In this document: positions 37,701-51,973 of the stretch, piece by piece | How positions within the stretch are numbered: the first letter of the stretch is position 1 | Layout: every line of letters starts with the position of its first letter | NCBI GenBank assembly: GCA_010093705.1 | Contig: MU006089.1 | Coordinates: 154,875 to 218,874 of the forward strand | Length of the DNA: 64,000 bases | From: Patellaria atrata CBS 101060 | Taxonomy: Eukaryota | Direction: 5' to 3' | Program-made: the position numbers and the translations under genes | Notes under the pieces: model-generated | Seen by the model: only the letters and a program-made list of their open reading frames with translations | Told to the model about the DNA's origin: nothing | Database searches by the model: none

Positions 37701-39297
37701 GTAGATTGGCGTCTACGCAGCACTCGGTGCCGTCCAAGCATTGCTCATGTTTCTATACTCTGTTGCGCTCTCCGTTTTTGGTACAAATGCGTCCAAAGTT
37801 ATGTTGCATCGGGCCATCAACCGCGTTCTACGAGCACCTATGTCTTTTTTCGACACTACACCTCTCGGGCGCATCATGAACAGGTTTTCGAAAGATATTG
37901 ATACCATGGATAACACTCTTACCGATTCTATGAGGATGTACTTCCTGACAATGGCAATGATCATCTCCGTCTTTGCACTCATCATCAGCTACTTCCACTA
38001 CTTTGCTATTGCCCTTGGACCACTATTCGTCATGTTCATATTCTCAGCCGGATATTATCGAGCTTCCGCGCGAGAGATTAAGCGTCATGAATCTGTCCTT
38101 CGAAGCCATGTGTTCTCTCGCTTTTCCGAAGGCATTTCCGGCACGGCTACAGTGAGAGCATACGGCCTGCAGAAACAATTCGCACAGTCTGTTAGGGATT
38201 CAATTGATAATATGAATAGCGCGTACTACCTTACGTTCGCAAACCAACGTTGGCTCAGCGTCAGACTAGATGTCATCGGTAATCTCCTAGTGTTTACGAC
38301 GGGTATCTTAGTTGTCACTTCTAGATTCAATGTTTCACCCAGCATATCCGGATTGGTACTATCGTATATCCTTTCCATCGTGATGATGCTTCAGTGGACC
38401 GTTCGACAACTCGCGGAAATGGAAAATAACATGAACGCCACTGAGCGTATACACTACTATGGCACCGAACTGGAACAAGAGGCTCCGCTAAAACTTGGAG
38501 AGGTACCAGAACAGTGGCCTGCGAAGGGGAAGATCGTTTTCAATGATGTGCAAATGCGCTACCGTGACGGTCTGCCACTTGTCCTTCGCGGCCTTTCCAT
38601 GCATGTCGCTGCTGGCGAGCGCATCGGAGTTGTCGGCCGTACAGGTGCAGGTAAATCCAGTATCATGGGCACGTTATTCCGTCTAACGGAACTTTCGGGC
38701 GGTAGCATCACCATTGATGGTATCGATATCAGCAAGATAGGTCTCCATGATCTTAGATCGAAGCTCGCGATCATCCCTCAAGACCCTACCCTCTTCCGCG
38801 GTACGATCCGGTCCAATCTTGACCCGTTCAACGAGCACACCGACTTGGAGCTGTGGTCTGCACTGCGTCAGGCTGACCTTGTCGATGTGGATGTCTCCAT
38901 GGACGAGAAATCTGGTCGCATCCATCTCGACAGCATTGTTGAAGAGGAAGGGCTGAATTTCTCTCTGGGGCAACGACAACTCATGGCACTCGCACGGGCG
39001 CTGGTTAGAGGGGCGCAGATCATCGTTTGCGACGAAGCGACCTCTTCAGTGGACATGGAGACGGATCAAAAGATCCAGAGGACGATCGTCGAGGCTTTCA
39101 AAGGAAAGACGCTGCTCTGCATCGCGCATAGGTTGAGAACGATCATAGGATACGATCGTATATGTGTGATGGATCAGGGCGGAATAGCGGAATTAGACAC
39201 GCCTTTGAGACTGTATGACCTAGGCGGGATATTCAGAGGCATGTGCGAGCGTAGTGGCATCAGACGAGAGGATTTTGAAGCGGCAAAAGATCAATAA
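34783..39297 (+). CDS. YOR1: ABCC/MRP-type ABC transporter (YOR1-like)
   Basis: TMD-NBD-TMD-NBD layout, Walker A GSVGSGKS and GRTGAGKS, signatures VSGGQKQR and FSLGQRQL, and SFFDTTPLGRIMNRFSKD. 2 introns. Confidence 0.9.
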
Positions 39298-40566
39298 TGG
39301 GATCTTTGAGGTATAATAGGCATACACTTCTCCGATACTGAGATGATGTTGAACATAACCTGGAAATTTCCGGCATGGTAATAAATATTGCGATGTGCTT
39401 CGGAAGGTTCGTTGGCAGGTCCATTTGCTGTTGGGCTGCATGGGAGGGCATTGCTGTACCAAAGAGGCTGGTGGATAGATAGTTGGGTACCTAAACCTAA
39501 GGTACATACCGTCCACGTAGCTTAAAGAGAGTAATCTAAGGTACCGTACCTACATAAGGTACCTTTTACTTTAGTACCTTAAGGCACTGTACCTGTTAGT
39601 AAAGTGCGACCCGAACGCCTTGAGGTGGGCTGGACAAACGAAAAGTCCGAAACAGGTACTCACGACTTTTAAGTTTTGGCAGGCACACACAAGACTTTTT
39701 AGCAATTGGGCAAGAGCACAGGAATCAAGGATTCACAAATTCAGGAACCCGAAGAAATGCCGCCCAGGAATACATACCTAAGGTACAGTACGGAGTATCT
39801 GAGAACCAATTATTCTGATAAAAATCAGGTGTGAACTTAAGATCGCTGTACAGTGCAATCATCAGGAAGATGACCTAACTACTGTACCTGGATTTCGTGA
39901 CTTTTAAATACGCCTCCCGTGATCCTTTCGGCTTCTGTATTGTTGCCACCATGAAGTATTTTACAAGCAAATTGATAGTGCGAACGTGCACGGCTCCTAA
40001 ACCTAAATCAGGCACAAGTCCACTATCCGTAAGTGATATAGTCTGAAAGCACAGGGCAGACAATTCAATCGATTTGACACCCAGGACGCCCCTCGAATGT
40101 CCTCTTTTTATCATCTCCATCTTCTTCTTCTTCTATCCCCATTGATCGAAAATCCCGTCGCATCTACTCAACGGTTTTCAACCTGGTATCCTATTCTATC
40201 ACTGCGCGAGCGAGTACGTTTTGCTACACTTTCAGCTTCTTTCCCCGAAGTGTCGGGTACGGAGTACGGTAAGGCATAGATCTCAGAGCGTACGGGTAGT
40301 CTCTATCAGTCCTTCGCGTCGTCATTTCCCTCCTCCCCATACGCGAATTCGCCCAGTAATATAGGCATACCGTCCATTCCTTTACCAATTTTTTTTTCGC
40401 TCATTCATTCAGCAATTATCGTTCTGTTGAACCCATCCATCGATATCTTACCCCTTCCTCAGCAGAGAAACAGGAGTAGGAGGAATTGCTTTACCTGCGT
40501 CGGTTTCGAAACACCGAGAGACCCTCTTATCTCTCCCCTATTTCGTCCTCCTACCCCTCTGTTATA

Positions 40567-41163
40567 ATGGCGTATCTTCCGGAAACGACTTTCGGTGCCA
40601 GCGTAGTCCAACCAATCTCGACGTCGACACCCCCAAAGTCTCATCTCAATCTATCGATAGTAGACAGTCCCCAGCATCCCCGTTCCTCGGATGTCGAGAC
40701 TTCACATTCTCGTGCCACAACGCCCAATGAACTCATCGACTCGAAATCGTCATCGAAAAACCCATTCTCCGCATTCTACGCTCATGGAGACGCTCGGCGA
40801 TCATTGGACGAGTCAAGAAATCCCAGCAAGTCACATCTAGATGTTGATGTTGAAGCGGCTTCGGCACCTATATCGGCTGTCTCCACGCAAGTCCCCAAGG
40901 CTAGCGTCGATGGACGAGTGAAGGAGTGCACCGTCTGGCCGTCAAAGGCTGCATTGGAAGAGAAGGAAAGGCGGAGGAAAAAGGAAAGGATGTGGTGGGA
41001 TCCAATGCGAAACCTAAACAAACGACAGAAACTCTGGGTCAAGATACTCATTGCTCTGTTCATCGTCGCTGCTGCCGTTGGGATCGGAATTGGAATCTCG
41101 CGCGCCGTAGGGGGTGGTGTCTGGGCTGGAAAGGGCGAGACTCACGCGATTCCAGACTCGTAG
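40567..41163 (+). CDS. Hypothetical single-pass membrane protein (~198 aa; disordered N-terminus, C-terminal TM helix)
   Basis: Clean ORF from ATG 40567 containing KECTVWPSK, a basic stretch and then LWVKILIALFIVAAAVGIGIGISRAVGGGVW. Confidence 0.75.
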   Translation: MAYLPETTFGASVVQPISTSTPPKSHLNLSIVDSPQHPRSSDVETSHSRATTPNELIDSKSSSKNPFSAFYAHGDARRSLDESRNPSKSHLDVDVEAASAPISAVSTQVPKASVDGRVKECTVWPSKAALEEKERRRKKERMWWDPMRNLNKRQKLWVKILIALFIVAAAVGIGIGISRAVGGGVWAGKGETHAIPDS

Positions 41164-43040
41164 TTTTGAACGTGAGCACCCTTAGCTATGTCTTTTTGTT
41201 TCTTGTTAGGGTTACTAACAGAATGTCCAGAATCCCGCCCTCAAAAAGTCTAGCATACCGCGATTGTACGCCTTTACGTTACCTTTCGATCATCACATCC
41301 CGTACACTTTTGTTTCGTTCCGATCAGGATTGCTGCCTCTCGCACCTACACGGTTTGGATCACTTAATTTAGAAACTTAAGTCTCACGACTGCCTTGCTA
41401 TGGCCCTCGGATTCTTCGATTCTTCATGTGTGTTCCTGTTCGTAACTTCTCATGTCTCTATATTTCTTTATACCCCATTTTCGTTATTTCATCGCTGAAA
41501 GCACCAACATCTATTATTTGCATTACTTTACCAGGTTTTGGCGGGGCGTTAGGTTTCCAGTACGTTCATTGGTTAGGACCGTTTTATGTGTTATGCTTGT
41601 ACCTTTCGTTCGAGACGTACTCTTACAGTAAACATCAGGTTACACGCGGAAGAATTGTTTTGTATACACGTTGAAAGCACCATAAGCGGAATAATGCATA
41701 TATTTCAAGCAAAGGCTGGGAAACTTTTTGACTCTACTTGTCATGTACATGTAATCCCAAGTTAATCAGTCGTGTCAGTACACACAATATAATGTAGACT
41801 TGTACATCATCTATAGTGATGATATATTCATGCTGCTCTAAGAATAATTCCACGGCGGTAAAGAACTTGAAAGAACGACTGAGGTGAGGAGTTAGAAATA
41901 TGACATGATTATTTCAGACATGTTACCAGGTCAACCTTACCGATAACAGTTATTGAGTTGTGGTCAAACATTTGTGAGGTGATATAGCATTTTTTGATCG
42001 GTGTTCACATAGTGTTGCACAGATAGGCCCAAATTCGAACCACCCGCAAAGGGCATCTCCGTTAAGAATTCAAACCAATAGCTCTACCAAGAAAGACAGG
42101 TCCTTACTCCTTACAATGAGTTTATTTAAACCTTCAACCATCGCTGACCAACATAGACTGATACACCTGAATTATACATTTCCTCTAACAACATACTTTT
42201 AAGCAACGGCTTCCCAGTCACGAAGTATTTCAGTACATGAGCATACGTGACCAGTTGCTGCTGGAAAGTTTTACTGGGAAAGGGTAATGAAATTATTCAA
42301 ATACATGGTATGAAATCTCTCTATCCAGCTTGTCCCGCTTAACCTATGGCAACCCTCTCATGGTAATTGATGGGGAGCCTCAAACATACGGATAATTTGT
42401 TCTCGCAAGTATAACGATATTATCATATCGTCTTGACATTCAGTACCATGGGATATGAAGTACTAAAACTGTCTTTTTTTGCTTCGGGTATATTCGGAGA
42501 GTATTTTTCTCTCTGGGCGTTTGTGAACATACAACAATGGCTGCTCTTTCGTGTTATTGGGCCTCAAAGGTTTTGGCAGATTTGATAAAATTGCGTACCG
42601 CACTTGAAATAATAGACTCAGAAGCGACGGTCAGTACCCTCGACAGAAGCATCACTGGAATTACTAAGCAATGCTCACTGAGGAAGAAACTGAAATTTTG
42701 TCGGGGAATCGCAAGGGGAAACAACAACAAAAGAGATCGCCTTTACTTTCTCACCTTTTCATGATCTTCATTGCGGACTTCAGCATCGTCCTGAGCTTGT
42801 TTATAACAGAAATTGAACTCACCAATTCATCCAGTAACGCAAGTTGATGATCTAAGTTACCTAAAAAGGGGTCTCCATCAAAGCGTGGCCTCGAGCGCAT
42901 ACACCTTTAAACCGCAAGTCTCGGCAGAGAAGGGTGGATGAGGACAGACTGTATAAAATAGCTACAGTAACGTAGCTCTTAGGGTTCTCGATATCGGAAG
43001 GTCAAAAGGATCATAAAATCTCGTTTCTCGGCAATCGCAG

Positions 43041-43897
43041 CTAAAATGGCCTCGTTTTCTCCCCTTTCCAGAAACCCATAACCTCCCCAGTCTCTCCGAC
43101 CCATTCTCTAACCCCATTCACAACTGCTTTTGCCATCCCCGCGTTCGTGCCGCTCCTTGCCCTTCTCTTTCGTTCATTTGCGCCTCCAGTATCCGGCACC
43201 CTACCTGGGCTGACGAAGCTACTTCCCTCGCCTGTTGCATATTCGCTGCCTATACTGGGTAGGACATTTTCAGCCGCCGAAAGTGAAACAAATAAGGCAA
43301 AGGGAATCAACCACACGCATAGCCCAAAATACGACGCTATCTCTGTGAAGCTTGGATTCGCAGCTGGGGAAGAGTTGGAGGAATATAGATAAGTAGGCGG
43401 TGGTCGAGAAGGAGGAGCAGAGAAATGGAGAAACCATAAGTAGTGGTTCAAGAGCACAAGAGCTGCAGTGGAGCCGTATCAGCATTGATTACGGGGTAAT
43501 TGATAATTGTGAGAACAAACCACAGGATAGAATAAATAATGGATCTGTAAGCTTGACAACTGGAAATCTACGCAGGTTCTGGGCATAAATGATGTGAGAA
43601 AACACGCTTAATGCGCTGAGAGTGATTGGAAATCCGTCAAAAAGCCATAGCAGAGCCTGCACAGCAATTACAGCGTAAATCATCCGAGTGAGGAGTTTTT
43701 TCGCGAACACAGTGTGCTCTTCGACCAGTTCGGACAAGTAATATAGACCAGAAGCTGATGAATATATCAGTTTACTGTCGAAGATATATGACCTACAAAT
43801 CTATTGAGCGGAGGAGCAGACGCTTACCAATGGCCAAGGTTAAGAAGCCAAAACCAAGGATGACCCCTAAGTACCCTATGAGAGGAAGAATCCACAT
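43041..43897 (-). CDS. SVP26: Svp26/Erv26/TEX261 transmembrane cargo adaptor
   Basis: MWILPLIGYLG..FLTLAI|ASGLYYLSELVEEHTV, NHYLWFLHF and SFTEIASYFGLCVWLIPFALFVSLSAAENVLP. 2 introns. Confidence 0.92.
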
Positions 43898-44229
43898 GTT
43901 GATATTGATGGAGCAAAAGATCTGCTCAACACAAGAAAGTACATCGGAAACCTGGAGGAGAGGTCGCAGATTGACGCAAGGTGTTGAGATTCTGGTCGGC
44001 TGAATCTCGGTGACGAAGAATTCTCTAAAAGTAACATTCTTTATCGATAAGCAAGACGAGAACAATTTTGATGGAGAAACAATAAGGTAGTATAGAAGTA
44101 CATCCACTGAACTATGCTCGTAATTCTACGATCTTACAGTTTTATGCAAGGAATACAGTACTAGAACGCAGCTATTAGAATTTAGTCTGTACCAATTCAC
44201 CTGAGGAGTTTTACAAGCCTCTCGACTCA

Positions 44230-45122
44230 ATGTCTCGTCCTGAGGATACTCTGTACCCACTTCCTGACCCTTTGCAATTCTATGTTTTCTCACTCATTTG
44301 CTCTGTAGTCCCCCAGACCTGTTCTACAATGACACGGAGTCACGAAAATATACAACGTCCTCTCGCATACGACATATACAGGCTACGATGACAAATCGCG
44401 CACTTGAGCTGTTGGACCTCCGATCTCCCTCGCTCGTTCTGGATGTCGGTTGCGGCTCAGGACTTTCGGGCGAAATACTTTCTTCTATTAGCCCTTCTGA
44501 GGGCGGTCCTCATACCTGGATCGGTTTAGATATATCAGCGTCAATGCTTGGCGTGGCGTTGGAAAAGGATGTCGATGGAGACCTCTTTCTCGCAGATGCC
44601 GGACAAGGCGTGCCATTTCGTCCGGGAACATTTGATGCTGCCATTAGTATCAGTGCCGTACAGTGGTTGTGCAATGCAGAGAGCAGTGAGGAGACTGCTC
44701 AGGGTCGCTTGGGGCGCTTCTTCAATGGGCTGTATGCAAGCTTAAGAAGAGGCGGCAGGGCGGTTTGCCAATTCTACCCCAAAAATGATGATCAGAAACG
44801 TATGATTAGTTCGTCGGCAATTCGTGCAGGCTTTGGTGCAGGTCTACTGGAGGACGATCCCGGAACGAAGAGTGCAAAAGTTTATCTGGTTTTGACTGTC
44901 GGGGGTGGAGATCTTTCGGGAGACATTACTGGTGTTGTGAGTGGGATGGAAGGAGTGGATGTTATGGATAGCAGGAGAAAAGGAAAGAGTCAAATAAAAC
45001 ATGGAGAACAGAAAGGAAGCAAAGCGTGGATTGTGAAGAAAAAAGAGCAAATGGAACGGAAAGGGAAGATCATAAAAGCAAACTCAAAATACACAGGCCG
45101 TAAGCGGAGACCTAATTTTTAG
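44230..45122 (+). CDS. BUD23: 18S rRNA m7G methyltransferase Bud23/WBSCR22
   Basis: MSRPEDTL|PPDLFYNDTESRKYT, LDVGCGSGLSG, GQGVPFRPGTFDAAISISAVQWLCNA and C-terminal SKYTGRKRR. Confidence 0.96.
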
Positions 45123-45423
45123 GCACAATCTTATTTATGAAGTGACGACAGCGGAATACCCCCAGGGCATATTCGAGCGGCATTGAAGGAGTTATGAATC
45201 GATCATTTAGGGGGGTTGTATGATACGGTCCTTATTGGGATCTCTATGAAACAGAATTTTCAATGTCCAGTAACTTCTTTTGGGATCAATTCGCCTTGGT
45301 GGTATTCGAATAGTTTTCGAATCTGTAACCCGCAGGTGTATGTATTCCTTATACTCGACAGCTAAAGTACACAATATTTCACAAAGTCTAGAGGATATCT
45401 AACAGGCTTCCACCACCGTTCTT

Positions 45424-46545
45424 TCATGACCCTGCCTCCATCTGGTTCAAAATAGCTCGTGTGAACTCGTGCGTGGTGCTATTGCCGCCCATATCGCGAG
45501 TTCTAGTCTTGCCAGCTTGGATGACATCATATACAGCCTTGGAAATACGGTTGGCATGGTCATCGAGACCCAAATGCCTAAGCATCATACAGCCGGAAAG
45601 CAGAAGGGCTGTTGGATTTGCCTGATCTTTCCCTTTGATATCCAACCCAACATGTCGACAACCCGGCTCAAAAACAGCCACCTCCCTACCGATGTTGCAT
45701 CCCGGAACAACACCAGGTCCTCCAACCAGACCAGCTGCGATGTTTGAAAGAATACCACCGTAGAGATTCGGCATAACCATGACGTCAAACTGCTGTGGTT
45801 TTGAGACACATTGCATGGAAGCGTTGTCCACAATCATGTCGTTGGTTTCCAAGGTAGGGTAGTCTTCGGCGACCTTCTTGAACGTGTTCCTGAAAAGACC
45901 GTCTGCTAGCTTCATGATGTTTGCCTTGTGTATGCAAGTGACCTTCTTCCTGTTGTTTGCCAACGCGAACGCAAATGCGAACTTTGCGATACGCTCAGAC
46001 TTAGCGCGAGTAATAATCTTGAGAGATTCCACAACCCCCGCGACCGACTGATGCTCCAGACCAGAGTATTCTCCTTCAGTGTTCTCCCGAATGATACAAA
46101 GGTCGACATTCTTGTGGCGTGTCTCGTACCCAGGTATGTTCTTAACTAGAACTATTGAAGCGTAGATGTCGAGTTCTTGACGTAGCGCAACGTTGAACGA
46201 CTGGTGGCCTGAGCGTTCGACTGGAGTATGAAGGATGCCTTTGAGGCCTAGCTGATTGCGCTTTAGAGAAGCAATGGATTCGCGAAAGAGCTCCTCAGAG
46301 TGTTTGTCTCCCGTCTCGATACCAGATACATCGACCTGCTCCCACTCAATCGGAACATTATCCGCCTTGAAGATCTCTCGTACGGACTCAGAGACCTCAG
46401 CGCCGATACCATCACCTGGAATCAGTGTCACTGTATACTTTCCGCCAAACTTTGTTGGTTTGAAAATGTCCGAGGCCGTTGCCATCGTGCGCCGGCTGGT
46501 AAGGCCATTGGCCTTCGCCAACACTCTCGATCCACGGCTTAGCAT
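45424..46545 (-). CDS. IDH1: Mitochondrial NAD-dependent isocitrate dehydrogenase subunit 1
   Basis: Presequence MLSRGSRV..., KYTVTLIPGDGIG, IRENTEGEYSGLEH, HKANIMKLADGLF and FEPGCRHVGLDIKG. Single uninterrupted ORF. Confidence 0.96.
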   Translation of the reverse strand: MLSRGSRVLAKANGLTSRRTMATASDIFKPTKFGGKYTVTLIPGDGIGAEVSESVREIFKADNVPIEWEQVDVSGIETGDKHSEELFRESIASLKRNQLGLKGILHTPVERSGHQSFNVALRQELDIYASIVLVKNIPGYETRHKNVDLCIIRENTEGEYSGLEHQSVAGVVESLKIITRAKSERIAKFAFAFALANNRKKVTCIHKANIMKLADGLFRNTFKKVAEDYPTLETNDMIVDNASMQCVSKPQQFDVMVMPNLYGGILSNIAAGLVGGPGVVPGCNIGREVAVFEPGCRHVGLDIKGKDQANPTALLLSGCMMLRHLGLDDHANRISKAVYDVIQAGKTRTRDMGGNSTTHEFTRAILNQMEAGS

Positions 46546-46874
46546 CGCTAGGTACTGATAGTGAATTTGAGCAGAGGTTTGGGGGGCAAGAAGTGGATGA
46601 TTGAGGATATTCAAGCTCAAGGTAGCTTGGTAGGAGGGGTCCTTGAGGTTGGTGTTTTGCAGGATGAGCGGAAACTTGAATGCTTTTTGTCGCTCATGGT
46701 CCGTGCGGACAGCTTTAAAATAAAGAAACTTCTCTCAGTACTTTATTATCACGTCTGGGTACCACCTACTAAACAGTATTGATCCCGCAAACTATCCAAG
46801 ATATACTGATAGGCTATCTTAGATACATAATAAGTCTGGAATCTGGGCATTCTCTCAGATCCCCTTCAAGAAGA

Positions 46875-47446
46875 ATGTCAGAGAGTAGCGCGAACGACCA
46901 TATTGAGATCCTTATCAAGACCGCAACAGAGAGTAGGTCCTGAACTCGCCATCTTGAACCAAACTACAGCCGTTATTAACAAGATCCAAAGCTGCTGAGA
47001 GCTTCGTTGATGCATATTATACCGCTCTTCAGGCATCTCGACCTACTATATCCTCCTATTATGTCCCCCGTGAAACGCTCCCTGATGGCAAAATTGTCCC
47101 TATCATTGTATGGAACGGAAATTCAATTGAAACCGCTGCAGCATTTCAAGAAATGTTTGAAAAAGAAATGCCATTCATGCACTATGAGGTTCAGGCTCTC
47201 GACTGTCATGTGATGAATCCAGGTGATAGCGCGGTAGACGACACCAGTAAAGCAGCAGAAAAGAAAATCTCCATCATCGTAGCTATCAATGGCTTTGTCA
47301 GATTAGCGGAAGCCCGAGAAGGCCCTACGAAAGGTTTTAGTGAAAGCATTGTTCTGGCTCCGAATCCTGAAAAGGCCCTCAAGGGACCAAAAGCGGCTAC
47401 TAGAGCCTGGTTAATACAGTCCCAGGTCTTCAGATATGTAGTCTGA
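46875..47446 (+). CDS. NXT1: NTF2-like export factor (NXT1/p15-like)
   Basis: After one intron: AESFVDAYYTAL..IVWNGN..HYEVQALDCHV..GFSESIVLAPN..WLIQSQVFRYVV*, an NTF2-fold pattern. Confidence 0.78.
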
Positions 47447-48212
47447 AGCTTAGAGCTCGGATTACCTCAGGCAGTTTGAAAAGAATTTGAATGGTCTCGG
47501 GACCAGGTCTTGTTCCTGCTATCCATCTTTCTTCTCCCTCTAGTACATGGTAAGTAGTAAGTAGTGCACACTCTCGTCCTTTGAAGTTCCCCCGAGAATC
47601 AAACTCTCCAATCTCGTCTTAGGGTTGTATCTGATTTGTGTTAGCTGTCCACGATCCTAAGATTGGTTGTGCATGTATTTAGTCTAGATAGGATTTGACG
47701 TTGAGTCCATATCATATTAAAGCGAACCTAAAATTCTCCAACGTAAGATTATTCTCAGCCCCAAGGTGTCTGTATTTATACATGGATTTTCATAATTCAA
47801 CCACACGCGTGGCTTCTTTTCACTGTGGAGACATTAGATGTGAGAAGCGAAATAAAACGCTCCCGTTTGCACCCTCTTGGACAATAGTCACACTGGACAA
47901 TCAACTTTTCCACTGCTCTTCAAATCACAATAGATCTTGATCTGAGTCACCTCATGGAGACTCTTAGGAAAGTTGTCCACCATAACTCAAATTTGCAGTT
48001 TGCATCTATTACATCTCTCTTTCCTCCTTACTCAACCGTCAAACGTCTTCTCTAAACACGAAAAGTCTCACATCTTACTTTGCTTCCTTATATCTTTACG
48101 CACGCGTCAATTCTTCTCCAAATTCGAATACCTTGCATCTCACTTCCCTACTCAAACGCCAACACAAACAGGTCGACTTCAACCGTCGATCCCTTCCACA
48201 AATTCAGAAACC

Positions 48213-50321
48213 ATGAAGTGTTACGAAGTTGGAACAAATAAGCACGCAGAGGTATCTGTCAAGGCTGACGAAGTCACTTGTACTGAGTACAATGATTATG
48301 TCGATGCAAATGGCGCTATTTGCTGCTGGATACCACTTGAAGATGGCAAGAAGATTACTATCTTCTGTAAAATTTTTAGCACCTCATCAGCTCTTTACTT
48401 GGATCTTATGATGGATGGGATATTGCGTAATTCAAAAACGTTCAACTCCAAAGGCGACAAACCTTTGAATAGGAAGCACACCTTCGATTTCGTCTACTAC
48501 AAGCATTCGAAGCTCTTGAAGAAGGCTGAGGCCTATGCTTCTAAATTCGATCATCCAGTGAATATGGCAGAAGGAGAGCATGAAAGCGTGGGTGTCATTG
48601 AAGTTCGAGTGTCACTCACCTCCGACAGCAAAGATGTCCATAAAGTCACGGACGTTAACACTTTCAACGAGGTAGAGACATGGAATGAGCAATATCAGAG
48701 ACCTAATTATATGCCTGGATTTCATCACGTCCAACCCACGCAAGAGATTCGATTCCGGGACATTGACGATTCTGTTTTGACCGTAAGTCAACGTTCAACC
48801 CTTTTGAAGAATATTAAAGAGCCTCGTCCTGGGGCGGAACCTTGGGCTATCTTTCGTTTCCATTATCGTCCGCAGGCCCTTCTAGCTGAGTTCCAAAGGG
48901 TCACCAACGAGGAACATGCACTCGGGCTTTCTATGGCAACTAACGCCGAAGACCACCCCAAAGCTAACGGCACACCGAACTCGCTCGGCCACGCTGACCT
49001 AACGGATATTATTGTACCCCCTACCCGTTCTGCGACGGAAGATACTCAATGTTTCAAACTGAACAATGGATCAGTAAAGAATAACGACGAGTCAGCTACG
49101 AGGCGCGCAGCATCAGAATTCGAACCTACATCACTTCGCACTTTGCAGGGCCAACCCAATGCTGAGGTCAAGAAACGCGCAACACAGGCGAAGAACAAGG
49201 GGTGGAAAGAATCTATTGGAATGGACATTGCTAGCAATACCCTAACTGCAAAGGCTCAGAAAGTTCGTGGTCGTTCGAACAAGCAAAGTATGCCTACGGC
49301 ATCGCCTCGCCACAGCCTCGGGTCCAGCACATCGCAACCAAACGAGACTCAAAAGCGCGGTCAGATGTCAGAAAGCATTACCTCGAGCACTCATCCTACC
49401 GACTGTGTTGTCCAAACTCATGGCGAAAAGGAGGCGACTGAATTGATGGCAGAGTCCAGTGACCATTCCATAGTGGAGCAAGAGGCCGAGTCCATTAGAA
49501 ATGGTCAGGTAAAAGTGGTCAAGCTAAGCTCCCCTAAGCCTGACGCAAACGGCGGTGTCCTGGTGAGTCAAGCTCCTGAGACTAATGGAGTTGAATTCGA
49601 CCTGAATATATTTGGAATCGACGACCTTTTTTCTCCCACATCTGTCTGTAGCAACGTCACACTGGACAATATTGTCGTGAAGATGCCGGAGTCTATTGGA
49701 GACCTAGAAGGCCCTCTCCTCGATCCTTCAACACCTAGCCCGTCCAGCACCCAGAAGATAGATACCGTTACTACGCCTACGCTAACTCTCGAGCAAGACA
49801 ACTCATCTAAGGATATCATGATGACTCCACCCCCAACCAATGGCAAGCGTTCCTCGCTTTGTGACGATACTACACCAACCCAAAGGAAGAACAAAAAGGT
49901 CAAGGTCGAAAGTTCACTTACCGAGCTAGAGCGCCAGATTGCTGAACGGAAACGAATTCTAGAAGAGAAGAAAGCAAAGACGGCTGCGATGAAGAAGCTT
50001 GCTGCTGAGGCGAAGGTATGAACACTCTATGCATGTTCTTTCAATCCGGTCGCTGACCTGAGTGGTAGGCGAAACGAGAAGCAAAGATGGAATCAGTTCG
50101 TGTAAAGCAGCTAGAGGAGTTGCAAAAACTAGACGAAGCAATCGAGGAGGAAGAGCGTATGGCTGCAGAAGCAGAGGTTCGTATCGTGCAACACCGTCAG
50201 CGGTATGATGAAATAACAATGACACTAGGCAGAACGTATTCAGAATGAGGAAGCTTATCTCTCTGATGATGTCGACATCGAGGACGATAGTGACCACGAC
50301 CATGAAGGTAGCAAGAACTAG
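48213..50321 (+). CDS. Hypothetical fungal protein (folded N-terminal domain, long S/T-rich linker, C-terminal coiled coil)
   Basis: Long ORF from ATG 48213 with motifs GVIEVRV and EPWAIFRFHYR. Two short inferred 3' introns lead to an acidic tail ending at TAG 50321. Confidence 0.7.
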
Positions 50322-51082
50322 CCCTAGCGATTTACGTTGTACAGGAGTGAATCTGCGCCATGATCATGAACTCGTGATATCAGTTTAACTATCTGTTAGG
50401 CGATGATATCTAGGGTAAGAAGGGGAACTATTAGTTGCCTCCTGGCGGAATGTCTGGTGCAAGTTTGGTCTGATCTCTTCTTATGGATTTGATATATTAC
50501 TCCTCTAGCATCAAGGTTGATTTGTGCATGGTGATCTTGAGGGAATGGACCCTCTGGCTCCAGGCATGGTATGGCTTTCGATTCTGGTTTTGGGTTTCTA
50601 CAAAGCCTACCGCTTTTATGGTGCAAGAAGCATATCACTTGAATTACGGGGGAAAAAAGATACCTTATGGGGCATGATGATTCCTCTTTGGACTTAGGTA
50701 GTTCTAGTGTACAGTAGTTTTATAGCAGGACTAGGATTACTTTCTCTACACCTTAGACCGACTATAAAATTGAATTACTAGCATCAGACTCCATAGTAGG
50801 AAATAGAACAAAAGTTACTGCGAGCACCAACAGTCAAAGGGTTCGTAAATCGGAATTCAAAAACAACCTGGAAGGAAGATAGTGGAAGTACAGGGCAGTA
50901 CATCTGGTAAAATACGGAGATTCATCGGATGATGGGGTTTACCCGTTCTCTCTCTTCTTCTTTTAGACTACCTTAAGTGTACTCGAACAATATCACGGCA
51001 TTCAACGAAGATCTCATCCCTGGAATTTAACTCTACGTCTATATTTTCCGCAATCGTAACGATCTCAAAACTTGTGGTGATC

Positions 51083-51973
<891 letters not shown>

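Noticed and set aside
42030..42095. tRNA-like A-box and B-box words on the minus strand (TTGGTAGAGC ... GGTTCGAA)
   Set aside because: The T-stem and acceptor stem do not pair, so there is no cloverleaf.
45424..46545. Intronless IDH1 as a possible retrocopy
   Set aside because: The ORF is intact in a normal divergent promoter context with no poly(A) or TSD. Simple intron loss is sufficient.
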